Shown: piece after piece, positions 22,248 through 24,000 of the stretch | Layout of the letters: every line of letters starts with the position of its first letter | How positions within the stretch are numbered: the first letter of the stretch is position 1 | Assembly: GCA_963740525.1 (NCBI GenBank) | Contig: CAVUEG010000001.1 | Location: 148,159 to 172,158, forward strand | Reading direction: 5' to 3' | DNA: 24,000 bases | DNA from: an uncultured Actinomycetota bacterium | GTDB taxonomy: Bacteria > Actinomycetota > Actinomycetes > Propionibacteriales > Nocardioidaceae | Position numbers and translations under genes: made by a program | Notes under the pieces: generated by a model | What the model was told of the DNA's origin: nothing | Seen by the model: only the letters and a program-made list of their open reading frames with translations | Database searches by the model: none

Positions 22248-24000
22248 CTACCGGACGCTGTAGTCGCGGAAGCCTCGCTTGGTCTTGCGACCGAGGTAGC
22301 CCGCGGTGACCAGGTGCTCCAGCAGCGGAGCGGGGGCGAACCCGGGCTCGCGGAACTCGAGGTACAGCTCGCGCTGGATCGCGAGCGAGACGTCGTTGCC
22401 CACGACGTCGAGCAGCTCGAACGGCCCCATCGGCAGCGCACAGCCCTGCTTCATCGCGGTGTCGATGTCGTCGGCGGTCGCGTAGTGCGCCTCGAGCATC
22501 TTGATCGCGTCGTTGAGGTACGGGAAGAGCAGCGCGTTCACGATGAAGCCCGCCCGGTCGCCGCACGAGACGGCCACCTTGCCGACCTTCTCGCACAGCG
22601 CGCGAGTCGTCTCGGCGACCGCGTCGTCGGTGCTCACCGTGCTCACCACCTCGACCAGCTTCATGATCGGAGCCGGGTTGAAGAAGTGCATGCCCACGAC
22701 GTCCTGGGGACGCTTGGTGGCCTGTGCGCAGGCGATGATCGGCAGCGAGGACGTGGTGGTCGCCAGGATCGCGCCCGGCTTGCAGATCTCGTCGAGGTTC
22801 TCGAAAAGCGTGGTCTTGACCTTCAGGTCCTCCGCGATCGCCTCGACCACGATGTCGACCTGGGAGAGGTCGTCGAGCGAGGTGGTGCCGGTGAGCCGCC
22901 CGAGCACCTCAGCCTTGGCCGACTCCTCCAGCTTGCCGCGCTGGATCGCCTTGTCGAGCGACCGCTCGATCGTGGCAGCGACGCCGTCGACCTTTGCCTG
23001 CGAGCGGCCGACGTACAGCACGTCGTACCCGGCCTTGGCGAAGACCTCCACGATGCCGGTCGCCATGGTCCCGGTGCCGACGACACCGACCTGCCGGATG
23101 TCGTGACGCAGCTGGGCCCTGTCGTCCGGGGAGGGTGTCTGGTCGTCGGTCACCACGACCGGGCTGTCGGCCGCCTCGTAGGTGTAGAAGCCCCGGCCGG
23201 TCTTCCGTCCGAGCATCCCGGCGGTGACCATCTGCTTGAGGATCGGGGTGGGGGCGTGCAGCCGGTCCCGGCCCTGGCGGTACATCGTCTCCAGGATCTC
23301 GTACGCCGTGTCCAGGCCGATCAGGTCGAGGAGCGCCAACGGACCCATCGGGTAACCACAGCCGAAGCGCATGGCGGCGTCGATGTCCTCGCGGGAGGCG
23401 TAGCGCCCCTCGTACATCGACACCGCGTGGTTGAGGTAGCCGAAGAGCAGCGTGTTGGCGATGAAGCCGGCCTTGTCGCCGCAGACCACCGGGTTCTTGC
23501 CCAGCGACCGGCACAGCTCGGCGACGTCCTCGAGCACGTCCGGCTCCGTGACCACGGTCTGCACGATCTCCACGAGGTTCTGCACGGGAGCCGGGTTGAA
23601 GAAGTGGATGCCGATCACCCGACCCGGCTGGGCGTTGGCCGTCGAGATCTCGGTGACCGAGAGCGAGGAGGTGTTCGTGGCGAGGACGGCGGTCGGACCG
23701 ACGATGGCATCGAGGGAGCGGAAGATCGCCTTCTTGACCTCCAGCGACTCGACCACGGCCTCCACGACCAGGTCACAGTCCTTGAGATCGGTCATCTCCG
23801 TGGTCAGGTCGAGGCAGTCGAAGATCTGGCGCTGCTCGTCGTCGGAGAGCTTCCCTCGCTTCACGGCGCGGTCGGTCGAGTGCTGCACGTGTGCGCGGCC
23901 CCGCTCCAGGCTCTCGGGGGCGAGCTCGACGCCGACGACGCGGTAGCCGTTGCGGGCGAACACCTCCGCGATGCCGGCACCCATGGTGCCGAGTCCGACA
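22248..24000 (-). CDS. Tandem-duplicated 3-hydroxyacyl-CoA (3-hydroxybutyryl-CoA) dehydrogenase, more than 584 aa (5' end outside window)
   Basis: The frame is open to the window edge (..VGLGTMGAGIAEVFARNGY). Two complete HCDH modules are present. Each has a Rossmann GxGxMGxGIA start, an NTSS/TTSS motif, HFFNPAP, a GFI(A/V)N motif and a C-terminal helical domain (module 1 about residues 1-290, module 2 about 300-578). The stop is at 22248-22250. Confidence 0.88.
   Translation of the reverse strand, partial: VGLGTMGAGIAEVFARNGYRVVGVELAPESLERGRAHVQHSTDRAVKRGKLSDDEQRQIFDCLDLTTEMTDLKDCDLVVEAVVESLEVKKAIFRSLDAIVGPTAVLATNTSSLSVTEISTANAQPGRVIGIHFFNPAPVQNLVEIVQTVVTEPDVLEDVAELCRSLGKNPVVCGDKAGFIANTLLFGYLNHAVSMYEGRYASREDIDAAMRFGCGYPMGPLALLDLIGLDTAYEILETMYRQGRDRLHAPTPILKQMVTAGMLGRKTGRGFYTYEAADSPVVVTDDQTPSPDDRAQLRHDIRQVGVVGTGTMATGIVEVFAKAGYDVLYVGRSQAKVDGVAATIERSLDKAIQRGKLEESAKAEVLGRLTGTTSLDDLSQVDIVVEAIAEDLKVKTTLFENLDEICKPGAILATTTSSLPIIACAQATKRPQDVVGMHFFNPAPIMKLVEVVSTVSTDDAVAETTRALCEKVGKVAVSCGDRAGFIVNALLFPYLNDAIKMLEAHYATADDIDTAMKQGCALPMGPFELLDVVGNDVSLAIQRELYLEFREPGFAPAPLLEHLVTAGYLGRKTKRGFRDYSVR

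Noticed and set aside
22199-22441. 81-codon N-terminal extension of the alpha/beta hydrolase ORF
   Set aside because: It overlaps the 3' end of the dehydrogenase gene in another frame and has an Arg/Ser/Trp-rich composition.
1-24000. Scan for CRISPR arrays, tRNA/rRNA genes, IS elements, integrases, toxin-antitoxin or defence-system genes
   Set aside because: No regularly spaced repeats, T-loop-like GTTCGAATC motifs, transposase or recombinase ORFs, or terminal inverted repeats were seen. All intergenic gaps are 175 bp or shorter, and every sizeable ORF is explained by metabolic, envelope or regulatory genes.

Overview
Very GC-rich DNA (about 70% by eye, third codon positions almost all G/C). 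The proteins look actinobacterial and Nocardioides/Propionibacteriales-like; this is inference and no search was run. I support 20 protein-coding loci. I saw no rRNA, tRNA, CRISPR, IS element, integrase or phage signatures. Plus strand 1-9173 carries GlgE-pathway genes treS (5' end off-window), mak and glgB, joined by GTGA/ATGA overlaps. These are followed by a GNAT-Nudix fusion ORF, ppdK, and 58 bp later an intact heliorhodopsin gene. Minus strand 16838-9182 is one co-directional string: thiolase, meaB, a 55-aa membrane peptide, a PH-domain membrane protein, marR, an icmA-like acyl-CoA mutase large subunit, an acetyl-CoA hydrolase/transferase-family enzyme, and a thioredoxin-fold/TPR YbbN-like protein. 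Next come mce and ccr (+), then a DivIVA-domain coiled-coil gene coupled by TGATG to an AI-2E family transporter (+). The window ends with an alpha/beta hydrolase and a tandem-duplicated 3-hydroxyacyl-CoA dehydrogenase (-, 5' end off-window). Items worth a second look: (1) The heliorhodopsin has all chromophore residues intact, sits directly behind ppdK, and has no retinal-synthesis genes in the window. (2) meaB is broken by at least five frame changes in under 1 kb while its neighbours are intact. glgB, the CoA-transferase, the DivIVA-like gene and the AI-2E gene each carry one frame break. Sequence alone cannot separate sequencing error from real decay. (3) A perfect 18-bp palindrome overlaps a TACTAT -10-like hexamer 6 nt before the icmA ATG, immediately after marR. 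(4) The mutase has the isobutyryl-CoA-mutase Phe/Gln signature but no B12-binding subunit nearby. I did not find a clear novel multi-gene system such as a defence island. The window is mostly core carbon metabolism, and the heliorhodopsin context is the most open biological question.
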